Positions 9,601 to 20,200 of a stretch of DNA of 64,000 bases are shown here, piece by piece. Below the pieces are notes generated by a model. That model saw only the letters and a program-made list of their open reading frames with translations, was not told where the DNA came from and searched no databases. Each line of letters opens with the position of its first letter. Positions within the stretch are counted from its first letter, which is position 1. This stretch comes from Ranitomeya imitator (Eukaryota). The DNA is taken from assembly GCF_032444005.1 (NCBI RefSeq), contig NC_091283.1, forward strand, positions 185,690,001 through 185,754,000, in the 5' to 3' direction. Both the position numbers and the translations under genes were made by a program.

Positions 9601-12600
9601 GCTCAGGTGGCTCGCTTGCCGCGGGCCTCGCGCTCAGGTGGCTCGCAACAGTGACTTGGGTATGATTTGATTTACCTTTTTTTTTCTTTTTTGTTAAGTC
9701 GCCCAAATATTTTGGTCACATGACTTTTTGGAAGCAGTCGTGTTTCTCTAATCTTACATGGGGATTATACCGGTTACATCTTGATGGCTGATGCGACTGA
9801 TCCAGGCTTCAGGGTGCGATTGGAGCCCGCGGCTCATTTTCTGTGATGGCTCTTTCTTAGTCAGACACAATAGACTCCTTGTTATGTGTTCCAGGAACGG
9901 GAGAAGGTGACACCGCTGATGATGAAAGGTTTTAAGGATGCAGCTGAGGAGGGGGGCACCTCCGTCACCGGGGGCCAGACCGTGGTTAATCCGTGGATCA
10001 TCATTGGAGGAGTGGCAACAGTTGTGTGTCAGTCCAACGAATTCATCATGTAAGTTTCCTTCTGGATTGGGCTCTAGTTGGTTCCAGGGTCTGATCTTAG
10101 AGGGATTGTCCAGACATAAAAAAAAAACCTCTAAACTTCTTTGTAATGTAATTATGGCTGGACTGCTTCCTTACATTGGGCAACTTTTTATAGATGCAGT
10201 GGGGGAAATAAGTATTTGATCCCTTGCCGATTTTGTAAGTTTGCCCACCGACAAAGACATGAACAGTCTATAATTTTAAGGGTAGGTTAATTTTAACATT
10301 TAGAGAAAGAATATCAAAAATAAAATCCAGAAAATCACATTGTATAAATTCTATAAATGTATTTGCATTTTGCAGTGAGAATTAAGTATTTGATCACTCT
10401 GGCACACAAGACTTAATACTTGGTGGTAAAACCCTTGTTGGCAAGCACAGCAGTCAGATGCTTTTTGTGGTTGATGATGAGGTTTGCGCACATGTCGGGA
10501 GGAATTTTGGTCCACTCTTCTTTGCAGATCAAATGTAAATCACTTAGATTTTGAGGCTGTTTGGCAACTCGGAGCTTCAACTCCCTCCATAAGTTTTCTA
10601 TGGGATTAAAGTCTGGAGACCAACAAGGGGTTTTGCCTCAGAGTATTAAGTCTTGTTTGCCAGAGGGATCAAATACTTATTTCTCATTGCAAAATGCAAA
10701 TACATTTATAGAATTTATACAATATGATTTTCTGGATTTTATTTTTGATATTCTATCTCTCAATGTTAAAATTAACCCACCCTTAAAATTATAGACTGTT
10801 CATGTCTTTGTCAGTGGGCGAACTTACAAAATCAGCAAGGGATCAAATAGTTATTTCCTTCACTGTAAAACCTGTCATTTCTTCCCAAGGCCGCACAACG
10901 CTGTTCCTGGTGACGTCCTGGTGCTTACGAAGCCCCTCGGGACGCAGGTAGCTGTGAACGCACATCAGTGGTTGGACAACGTAAGTGATCGTTCTGGGTC
11001 ATCGTCATCTGGACGCTTTTGTGATTTGACCCCGGTAATAACTATCCTAAATCTCCTCCATCAGGCTGAACGCTGGAACAAGATCCGTCTGGTGGTGAGC
11101 AGAGAGGAGGTTGAGCTGGGATACCAGGAGGCCATGTTTAATATGGCGACTCTGAATCGTACAGGTAACGTATAGCTGGTGGTCATCATGTCGGGAGCGA
11201 CCTCTCGTACTCTAGCTGTAACATACCGGATCGCTTTTATGTAATGGTGATTTTGGTTTTAACACTTTAAGTGCCAACCTCCCCAGCCCCCCAAAAAATA
11301 AAAACCCAAACATATACCCACCTCCCATAGCACTGTCTCTCTTGGTGGTCATGTTACATTGTCACCTGAGCGCTGCTGCTTATTAGCAGACTGATGGTCT
11401 GCAGCCTTTACTCTTCCGTCTGATGGAACCAAGAAGACTGCATCCTATAATCGGCAGCTGATTGGCTGCAGCGCTCACATGACAATGTCACTTGACCGCT
11501 GGAAGACAGCGCCAACAACGCTGGAACGGTGTTGGACTTTGCGTTATTTATTTATTTTAATTGGGGCCACACTAGCATTTAAATAGGGTGTCCGGGTCTT
11601 GGGGTACAAGTCTGTAGTCACTGCAGATTTGTGAATTCTCACAGTGCGCAGTGTGCGCATAGTCAGGATCTGGTTGGAATACAGGAGAATCTTCACTGTT
11701 TGCCAAGTGCTGCTACACCTTTAGTAGTGGTTGTTCCTGGTACTACACCTCAGGGCCTCTTCCTTCACAACGGGTGCTAAGAGTTGGCCCCCCACCAATT
11801 TAATATTGAAGGAGTACATCTGTTGGAATTTATGCTATGTGCCAGATTAGAATACCACTCTGAGGTCTACGTTTTTTTTTTTTTCCCCCTAGCTGCGGCC
11901 TTGATGCACTTATTTAACGCCCACGCTGCTACCGATATTACTGGTTTCGGGATCTTGGGGCATGCTCAAAACCTGGCGCAGCAGCAACTCTGCGAAGTGA
12001 ACTTTGTCATCCACAATTTGCCCATCATTGCCAAGATGGTGGCCATCACGAAGGCCTGCGGAACCCGATTCAGTTTACTTCAAGGAACGTCCCCGGAGAC
12101 TTCGGGTGAGTACGGACTGATGGGGTAACTAGTGGGCGGCAGCGGCATTATATGTTCGGAAACGATTGCCGAATCCGAATTTGCCATGTTGGTACCCTAT
12201 TTGTGCCAAATTTATGTTTGACGATCATTTCCGAACATATTTGCTCATTTCATTGATTCCAATGGCGTTCGGCAAATATTGTAAAAACGATATTCGCCGG
12301 GCGATTGTAAACTGAATATTGAAAAATACGCTCACCTCTAATTACTACTTGATTGTGACTGGTTGTGCCGCTGCTTTCTAACCTGAATATCTTCTTGTAA
12401 AGGTGGTCTACTCATCTGCCTTCCGAGGGAGCAAGCGGCACGCTTCTGTGCCGAGATAAAGTCCCCCAAGTACGGCGAGGGCCACCAGGCGTGGATCATT
12501 GGTATAGTGGAGAAAGGAAACCGGTCTGCCCGCATTATTGAGAAACCTCGCATTATCGAAGTGACCCCACGTGGTGCTGGGACCAGTGACAACAGCACCG

Positions 12601-12626
12601 CATCCAGTCTAGAAGGACCATGCTAA
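424..12626 (+). CDS. sephs2: Selenide, water dikinase (selenophosphate synthetase 2-type, Sec-containing, intron-containing SPS2a form, called sephs3 in some fish/frog annotations); whole gene, 8 exons, about 416 aa, Sec42
   Basis: Exons 424-679, 2424-2527, 9085-9192, 9895-10049, 10890-10980, 11065-11164, 11893-12105 and 12403-12626 are all GT/AG with consistent phases. Motifs: [43 protein letters not shown]. Residues [16 protein letters not shown] and EREKVTPLM are SEPHS2-like rather than SEPHS1-like. Confidence 0.95.
1207..2282. repeat. Complex inverted-plus-direct duplication in SEPHS intron 1
   Basis: 1207-1375 is the reverse complement of 1556-1725, and 1376-1730 is repeated directly at 1935-2282. 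Confidence 0.9.
2424..2527 (+). CDS. sephs2: SEPHS exon 2
   Basis: (G)[34 protein letters not shown]; 104 nt; tttcag/GTGAGG. Confidence 0.97.
2777..3070. mobile_element. PIF/Harbinger-type MITE
   Basis: TIR GGCTACGTTCACATT/AATGTGAACGTAGCC, TTA target duplication on both sides, internally palindromic. Confidence 0.85.
4363..4589. other. Assembly gap
   Basis: Run of 227 N. Confidence 1.
4930..5287. mobile_element. PIF/Harbinger-type MITE nested in the piggyBac-type element (a second copy ends at about 4920, with its start in the gap)
   Basis: TTA|GGCTATGTGCACACG ... CGTGGGCACATAGCC|TTA. Confidence 0.8.
5288..5450 (+). repeat. Degenerate TTAGGG (telomere-like) tract inside the transposon
   Basis: TTAGGGTTAGGGTTGGAATTAGGGTTGTGGTTAGGGTTAGGGG... 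Confidence 0.75.
5451..8460. repeat. Tandem array of 8 units of about 390 bp inside the transposon
   Basis: Anchor AAACAGTGGTTTACCCCCACATAT recurs near 5578, 5967, 6355, 6745, 7138, 7531, 7912 and 8296. Confidence 0.9.
9085..9192 (+). CDS. sephs2: SEPHS exon 3
   Basis: [36 protein letters not shown]; 108 nt; ccccag/GTAAGG. Confidence 0.97.
9340..9647. repeat. 31 bp minisatellite, about 10 copies (SEPHS intron 3)
   Basis: Unit GCCTCGCGCTCAGGTGGCTCGCTTGCCGCGG. Confidence 0.95.
9895..10049 (+). CDS. sephs2: SEPHS exon 4
   Basis: [51 protein letters not shown](M); 155 nt. Confidence 0.97.
10197..10865 (-). mobile_element. Internally deleted Tc1/mariner element
   Basis: Long TIRs CAGTGGGGGAAATAAGTATTTGATCCCTTGC / GCAAGGGATCAAATAGTTATTTCCTTCACTG|TA. 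A minus-strand remnant reads [19 protein letters not shown] (Tc1 transposase C-terminus). Confidence 0.85.
10890..10980 (+). CDS. sephs2: SEPHS exon 5
   Basis: [30 protein letters not shown]; 91 nt; donor GTAAGT. Confidence 0.96.
11065..11164 (+). CDS. sephs2: SEPHS exon 6
   Basis: [33 protein letters not shown]; 100 nt. Confidence 0.96.
11893..12105 (+). CDS. sephs2: SEPHS exon 7
   Basis: [32 protein letters not shown]...[10 protein letters not shown]; 213 nt. Confidence 0.97.
12403..12626 (+). CDS. sephs2: SEPHS exon 8 (last coding exon)
   Basis: [58 protein letters not shown]...EGPC-TAA. Confidence 0.97.
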
Positions 12627-12859
12627 ACTGGAAAGTATCACTGGGCCTCAGGGTTATTGATTGGACTGAAACTTAATTATCTCTGGACTATGGGGTAAAA
12701 CTAAGGAAATGGAATATATTGGAATGTGATTTGTTGATTTTCATCATGGACACTGAATAAAGCCCTTCCGTACTCGTCTCCTCCGCTCTGGGTCCAGGCC
12801 TGAGCAGCTGGGTCTGAGAGTTATGGAGGAGAGCGGGCTCCCGTTGCCTTCCACACCCG

Positions 12860-12932
12860 CCTCTGTTAATGACGCCACATCCTGTAAAACCCGCTCCTGT
12901 CGGGCTGGCGGTGGTTGATGTGAGCTCAGAGG
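12860..12932 (+). promoter_or_regulatory. SECIS element (type II-like) in SEPHS 3' UTR
   Basis: Helix I CCTCTG/CAGAGG, core ATGA (12869-12872) with TGA.T (12916-12919), helix II GCCAC/GTGGT, apical AAAA (12886-12889) and extra mini-stem CCCG/CGGG. Folded by eye only. Confidence 0.85.
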
Positions 12933-12987
12933 AGGTTTGGACGGTCAGCGATGCCCGGGATTGGGCCCTTTAAGATAATTTTTTTTC

Positions 12988-12993
12988 AATAAA
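12988..12993 (+). terminator. Distal poly(A) signal of SEPHS
   Basis: AATAAA 56 nt after the SECIS, followed by T-rich downstream sequence. Confidence 0.65.
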
Positions 12994-14108
12994 CGAAATG
13001 TAAAACAAATCAAAAAGGCATTTTTGGTGCTTTTTTACACCACATTTTATGTACAGAGGAACACAATGATGTGTCGGGAAGAAACAGTAAGTACGTTCTC
13101 CATTCTGGGTCGGCGGGATGAGCCACCGAGAACCGATCACTGCACAGCGATGCGCAGACTCTGGTAGTCATTCTACAGCGGATCTGTCACCAGATATCAC
13201 TAGAGACTAACCCTTTAAGGACACGGATGTTTTTTTGCTTTCTTCCGTCACCCATAACTTTATGTCTGGCAATAGCAGATAATATACTGGGGTGGGAACA
13301 ATCCAAGGTGGTGAAAAAGGTTTTTGGGGTTCAGTTTTTAAAGTAGCACTTTACAGATCACTGCTACCAATGTTCTGTTTCTCCTCCCCAACCCCCTTGA
13401 CTTTATTTTTTTTTCTAAATGCAATCTGTTTAATTTTTCCAGTTTGAGGTATCGCTTAAAGCGCCCTTCATTTTCATGCTAACATCTTGTTCTTCCCCTT
13501 TATGACATTTACAGTATGAGCTGATTGAATGGGGTAATACCATTTTGTTTTCTACTTTCTAAATATCAAAAATTAAATTTGAAATGTTAAGATTTTACAT
13601 AAAAAAATAATATAAATAAAACTTCCTGTCAGTCCCTTACAGAGACTTGATCCTCCCCGCCATCTGTCAGATTCAGTGGCATTTACAGGTATAGCACGTA
13701 AGAGGCCGGTGCCGACTGCTTGGCGCCCCCTGTGTATGGAGCGGGCGCAGCTCCCAAATATGACTGATGTTGGAGAGGGGGTGAAGATAAGCATTTTAAT
13801 ATTAGCTGGGGAAACTTTGAGAAATCATTATACGACCATACTAATGCGTCTACAAAGTACACCAGCCTCATCAGGTCTAAAATCAATCAAATGTATGCAG
13901 ATAGTATGGTGATATCTGGCGACAGATCTGCTTTAAGCAAAAAAAAAAAAAAAGTTTAATTTGTCTTACATTCATAAAGTGGAGGATTACCCGTCCCTCC
14001 CCCAAACATTTGCATCATCCTTCAACTTCCAATAGTAAAATTGCATCAGTGTACAGTCAGGTAAGAGTCCATTCACAATCTATAGGAACAATCCATAGTG
14101 TTGGGCGG

Positions 14109-14251
14109 CTACTGTATACAATCCATCACGTGTATCTGCAGAGTATCTATGTCTGGCGCTTTGTACTGACACTTCGGGCAGCAGAACTCTTGTCGTTCCA
14201 AAGGGGGGATGGAAGGTGGTGATGGAGTAGCGTAGGGCGACGGGTACAGAC
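14109..14251 (-). CDS. ikbkg: IKBKG last exon (CCHC zinc finger)
   Basis: (G)[49 protein letters not shown]; 143 nt; acceptor ttcctag. Confidence 0.96.
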
Positions 14252-17200
14252 CTAGGAAGGAAATGGGGAGGTGATGGTAAGAATCACGTAAGAGCAAGCA
14301 ATTAATTTGTCTCCCCACCTACATTACTATGGGTGTAAGTACCGGCCTCACAACAGTGTCTAATTACCCAACTGATGCCATAAAATGGCAAAAATGAAGC
14401 CACGCCATGTACCAAATATACTGCAATACAAAAAATGTATCGCTAGTGTAAGTTCCCTTAGGGGACTCGGAAAAAAAAAAATATATAGTTTCACCATGTC
14501 TGCAATAATCCTATCTAAAACTATTTATCCTGTACAATAAAGCAAAAAAAAAACCCCTCAGCTTTACGTTTTTTTGGTGAAAGCACCTCCTGCAATTAAA
14601 ACATAGTATGGGCCTTTATATAAATCAATAGCTCAGCACCCAGACAAAAAAAAAGCCCTTACACTTGTCTACTACTAGAAAAATGGAAGAAGAAAAAAAA
14701 GTTACAGGTCTCAAAAAAAAGCAGCATGAACCAAATTTTTTTTTTCTCTACAAATTTCATAAATTTGATTTATCTACCCCTCTAATCAGTCTATATGGAC
14801 ATGTAGGCCATAGGAAGCTGAATAAAATATCTGTGATCCAATGTCTTACTCCAGAGAAATCCTCTTTTCTTTCTCGCCTCATTGGGGGACACAGGTAACC
14901 ATGGGTGTATGCTGCTGCCACTATGCAAATAAAGAAGTAACTCTTCCCCGGCAGTGTACACCCTCCGACAGGCACCTCAGTTTTTGCTTAGTGCCTGTAG
15001 GAGGCGGACCTGGATCTAACACCAGATCCGCATTTTGTTTACAGGGATTTGCTGTGTGTTATTAATCATTTCCCCCTTTCTTTTTCAGATACTTTTCTTC
15101 AGGGTAACAGGGTGCAGTTTTTTTCTCACCCTGTTTTCCCCACGTTGAGCGACCGAGAGAGCATTGTGGTATCACCCACATCGCACCCTCTCGGACCCGC
15201 TGGGCAGGACTTTGTCCCCTGTCACCCTTCGGGTGTTCAGGGTGACCTTTCCTCTGTGGCCAGTCCTGCCCATTTCCCCTCCTCATCCCTCTCCTCAGAG
15301 TGGGCTGAGAGAAAGACGGCGGTCACTTCCAGTGACCCTCTCCCCCTGTTTAGGGGTGTACGCCGTCTTCTGCGCCGGATTTCGTGGCGCGGGAAGGAGG
15401 ACTTCATCCCAGGACCCTCTACTCTGACAAGGGCTCCTGATGTGTTCCTCAACCTCAGGTAGGGAATCTTCAATCAACATTTAGTGGGCAGCTCAGGATG
15501 ACCAGTAACCCCCCCCACCCCCCCAGCGATCTCTTAGGAGGGCCTCTGCTTTCTATGGAGTCACCTTTATTCTCGCGTCGCTTCGGTCGCCACACGGCAG
15601 GCATCCTTTATTTTCCCCCCCTTCTATTTCAAACCCCTTCGGGTGCGCGCCATTTTTTTCTTACTACAGGCAGCCTTTTGGCGCCCGGCTCACCACGCCC
15701 CCTTGCGGCATTGTCCCGCCCTGCATCCCCGCGGCCAGGAGTCTCTCGGGGGCGTTCTTCTTCTCTCCCCTTCGGCGCTTGTACACGCCCACCTCATCGC
15801 GTTGTTCCCGCGCTCCACAGGCCGACTTCATCTTCCTGCCAGCGTCTCCTCACATCGCGTGGGACACGAGGATCCCTGGGGGACACAGACTTCTGCGGCT
15901 GCCACTGTGTTTTCGGTAGGCTCGGCGCTACTGCTCTCTCGGGCTCTACTCCTCCCTGCAGTACTTCTCCGCACCTGGACAAGGTAATATCTCTACCTAT
16001 GTCCGACCCCGCTCCAGGCTATTCCACTACAGTCATCCACTACGCCTGCACTCACTGTAAGAAAAAGTGGGCCTCAGGTCAGCCTTCTCCTTTCTGCCTG
16101 TCCTGCGTTCCTCCCACCATGTCAGCCCCTCAGGAGGCTCCCAGATCTCGGGATGAGTGGGCTGTTGCAATGTCTCAATCAGTGTCAGACCTGACTAAAA
16201 TGTCTCAGTCCCTGGTCCAGGCACTTGAACGTATCCCGCTTCTCTCTAATGCCACCAGTGCCACTAACGCCTCACACGGCGATTCGCTCGCACCTGTCCA
16301 AGACCCTCACAGAGGCAGACTTGAGAAAAGAGACAAAGAAAAAAAAGACCCTATCTAGATCCACTTCCAGTTCACCGGACCACACCGGGATACCCCTATC
16401 TGCCCATTCCCCCTCCTCGCAGGCGGACGTCGGGTTCAACAACACTACTTCTACACACTGGGAAAACCCTGGTAAGCGTTTCCCTGGCAGGAAACGGCTG
16501 GACATTTTATACCCTTTTCACTCCGATCTTGTCAGCAAATGGTCCGAGTCTCCTAAGGTCGACCCGCCTGTGTCCAGGCTATCTGCTCAGACGGTTCTGT
16601 CTATTCCGGACGCGGCTTCTCTTAAAGGGACTCTGTCACCCCCTCCAGCCGTTAGAAACTAAAAGAGCCACCTTGTGCAGCAGTAATGCTGCATTCTGAC
16701 AAGGTGGCTCTTTTAGTTTTTGGTGCAGTCAAAGCAGAAATAAAGCGTTTTATAATTTCGCAAAAATACCTGTCTTTAGACAGGGAGGCAGGTCTTAACC
16801 CCCCTGCTGCACACGCCACACTTCCGTCACTCAAATCTTCTTCGGCGCCGGGCACCGCCCCCTCCGCACTGTTTTCCAATCAAATTCTGCGCCTGCGCTG
16901 TTTAGTTCTGGCAGGCGCAGTGAGCGCTGCCCGTCTGACCTCAGATGCAGTCTTGCAGATTGCGCCTGTGTGGCCACCCACCTTGTGAATCCCAGCCCCG
17001 CACAGTGAATAATGCATAACACACTGCGGGGCTGGGATTCACAAGCTGGGTGGCCGCACAGGCGCAGTCTGCAAGACTGCATCTGAGGTCAGACGGGCAG
17101 TGCTCACTGCGCCAGCCCCTGGCAGAACTAAACCGCGCAGGCGCCGGATTTGATTGGAAAATAGCGCGGAGGGGGCGGCGCCGAAGAAGCTTTGAGTGAA

Positions 17201-20200
17201 GGCAGTGTGGCGTGTGCAGCAGGGGGGTTAAGACCTGCCTCCCTGTCTAAAGACAGGTATTTTTACGAAATTATAAAACGCTTTATTTCTGCTTTGACTG
17301 CACCAATAACTAAAAGAGCCACCTTGTCAGAATGCAGCATTACTGCTGCACAACGTGGCTCTTTTAGTTTCTAACGGCTGGAGGAGGTGACAGTCACTTT
17401 AAGGACCCCACGGACAGACAAATTGAGGCATAAGCCAAATCGGTGTTTGAGGCTTCTGGAGCCTCCTTCTGTCCTAGTTTCGCTTCTACATGGGTAGCGA
17501 AAGCTGTGTCAGCCTGGGCCAAAACCCTGCGCAGAGGCATTTTGGCCTCTGCTCCTGTTGAGGAACCGGATTTAGCAGATCAGATTTCTCTCGCGGGTAA
17601 ATATCTCATGAATGCCTCCCTTGATGCGGTGGCCTGCTCGGCTAGGGCTAACAGTAACATTGTGGCCATTCGCTGGGTTCTTTGGCTAAAAGCGTGGAAC
17701 GCAGATCCTGCTTCTAAAAAAAAAAAAAAAATCCCTCACTGGTCTGCCCTTCCAGGGTTCTAGACTCTTAGGCACGCAGTTGGATCAAATGATCTCGGAC
17801 GCTATGGGTGGTAAGAGTACCTCCTTACCCCAGTCCAAGCCTAAACGTTCCTTCAACAGGAGGGGCCCCCAGTCCTTTCGTCCCTTTTGGTCCTTTGCCT
17901 CCGCAGGAAACCCCAACCAGGACCGGTCGGTCTTCCTCACAAGCAGACCGGAGGAAGCCTTCTTTCAGGCCTCCCCCGCGCTGGAGAGCTAAGAGCCACC
18001 CCTCAAAACCATCTGGACCTCGTGGCCACAGGTTTTCTAATAAATGATGGGTCGCCCCCACCTAGAAATCCCTCCAAGGTGGGAGGCCGGCTTCATCTGT
18101 TCTTAGCCATCTCCGGATTCGGCACTTCAGGATGGGATCTCTACGCTTGGTGGTCGCGTCAATGGAACAGGGAGAGTTTGTGTTCCGTGGCCATCGGGGA
18201 TGCGTACCTACACGTTCCTATTTGCGTACAGCATCAGAGATTCCTCCGGTTCGCGATCCAAGAACTTCATTACCAGTTCACGGCTCTCCCTTTCGGACTG
18301 GCGTCTGCTCCTAGGGTCTTTACGAAGGTCATGTCAGCTGTCAAAGCCATTCTGCGTTCAAAGGGGATTCTGGTAATCTCATACATCGACGACCTCTTGA
18401 TCAAGGGTTCATCCCGTCGGGATTGCAGCCAGAGCCTCCAGCTTACTCTGGACACGCTTCTTTGCCTCGGCTGGATAATCAACTACCAGAAGTCTTCCTT
18501 GATTCCAACCCAGCGTCTGGAGTTCCTGGGCATGGAATTCGACACATCTCAGGCTCAGGTCTTCCTCCCCAAGGAGAAGTTCCTTTCTCTTCGTCGTGTC
18601 AGAGCACCAAAGGGCCCGAACCCTCTGTCCCTCCACCTGGCCATGAGGGTTCTGGGGAAAATGGTCGCTTCTATGGAAGCGGTCCCCTATGCCCAGTTCC
18701 ACTCTCGTGCCCTCCAGCTGGCCCTTCTGGCTGCCTGGGACAGGAACCCACTTTCCCTGGACCGCCCGCTTTGCCTCTCTCCCAGGGTGAAAGTCTTTCT
18801 CTTGGTGGACGCTGTCCACCTCCTTTCTGCGCGGGAGGTCATTTCTCCCTCCCTGCTGGCAGGTTATCACCACCAATGCCAGCCTCCAAGGTTGGGGAGC
18901 GTTTTTTCTCCACCTCACGGCCCAGGGCCGCTGGACTTCTCAGGAGGCGTCCCTCCCTATCAACCTCTTGGAAATCAGAGCCATCTTCCTAGCCCTCATC
19001 CGCTGGGAGTCTCTCCTCTCAGGAAAACCTGTCCGCATTCAGTCGGACAACGCCACAGCGTGGCTTACATAAACCAGGGAGGGACTTGCAGCAGACAAGT
19101 CATGATGGAAGTGGCAAAAATTCTGCGTTGGGCGGAGGGTCACGTTCCCTCTCTATCAGCCGTCCACATCCCAGGGGTGGACAATTGGAAAGCTGACTTT
19201 CTAAGTCGCCAGGGGAACATGGCGGGCGAGTGGTCCCTTCAATCTTCAGCCAGATTTACCAGCGGTGGGGCGTCCCAGATGTCGACTTCATGGCCTCCCG
19301 GGCAAACCACAAGGTTCCCCAGTACATTTCCAGATCTCGGGATCTGATGGCCGTTGGATGCGACGCTCTCGTGATCTCGTGGGCCCAGTTCCAGATGCCT
19401 TATCTGTTCCTACCCCTCCCCTTGATCCCAAGGGTCATAAAAAAGATCAAGTCGGAAGGGGTCCCCGTGCTCTTCGTACCACCAGATTGGCCTCGCAGGG
19501 CCTGGTATGCGGAACTGGTGAACATGCTATCGGACGTTCTGTGGAGACTTCAGGATCTTCTTTCGCAGGGGCCCCTCTTCCACCCGAATTCTCGGTCACT
19601 GAATTTAATGGTATGGCCGTTGAGGCCACGGTCCTGAAGGACGTGGGTTTTTCTCAGTGTCATCCAGACTATGATAAGAGCGAGAAAACCGGCTTCCTCG
19701 CGTATCTACCACAGATGTTGGAAGGCCTTTTTCCGGTGGTGTCAGGACAACAGTCTGTTTCCTATGACCTTTTCCCTTTCATCCCTTCTCAGTTTCCTTC
19801 AAGCAGGTCTCGATTCGGGACTTTCCCTTAGCACCTTGAAGGGTCAGATTTCCGCTCTGTCCATCCTTTTTCAAAGAGACCTGGCCTCCCTTCCTCAGGT
19901 AAGGACCTTTATCCAGGGGGTCGCTCATATAGCTCCCCCTTATCATTCTCCTATCGAGCCTTGGGATCTCAACCTCGTGTTAGACGCCCTCCAGCGTGCG
20001 CCTTTTGAACCAATTCAGGACATTTCCTTCTCACTTCTATCTTGGAACATAGCCTTCTTGGTCGCCATCACCTCCATTAGAAGAGTATCGAAGTTGACGG
20101 CATTATCCTGTCATTCTCCCTTTCTAGTCCTGCACCAGGACAAGGTGGTTCTTCGACCGGTTCCTTCTTTTCTACCAAAGGTAGTTTCGGCTTTTCACAT

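Noticed and set aside
14109-14251. Optineurin as an alternative identity (similar C-terminal zinc finger, VMDCI)
   Set aside because: CCPKCQY, the upstream NEMO-specific exons and the head-to-head position with G6PD identify IKBKG.
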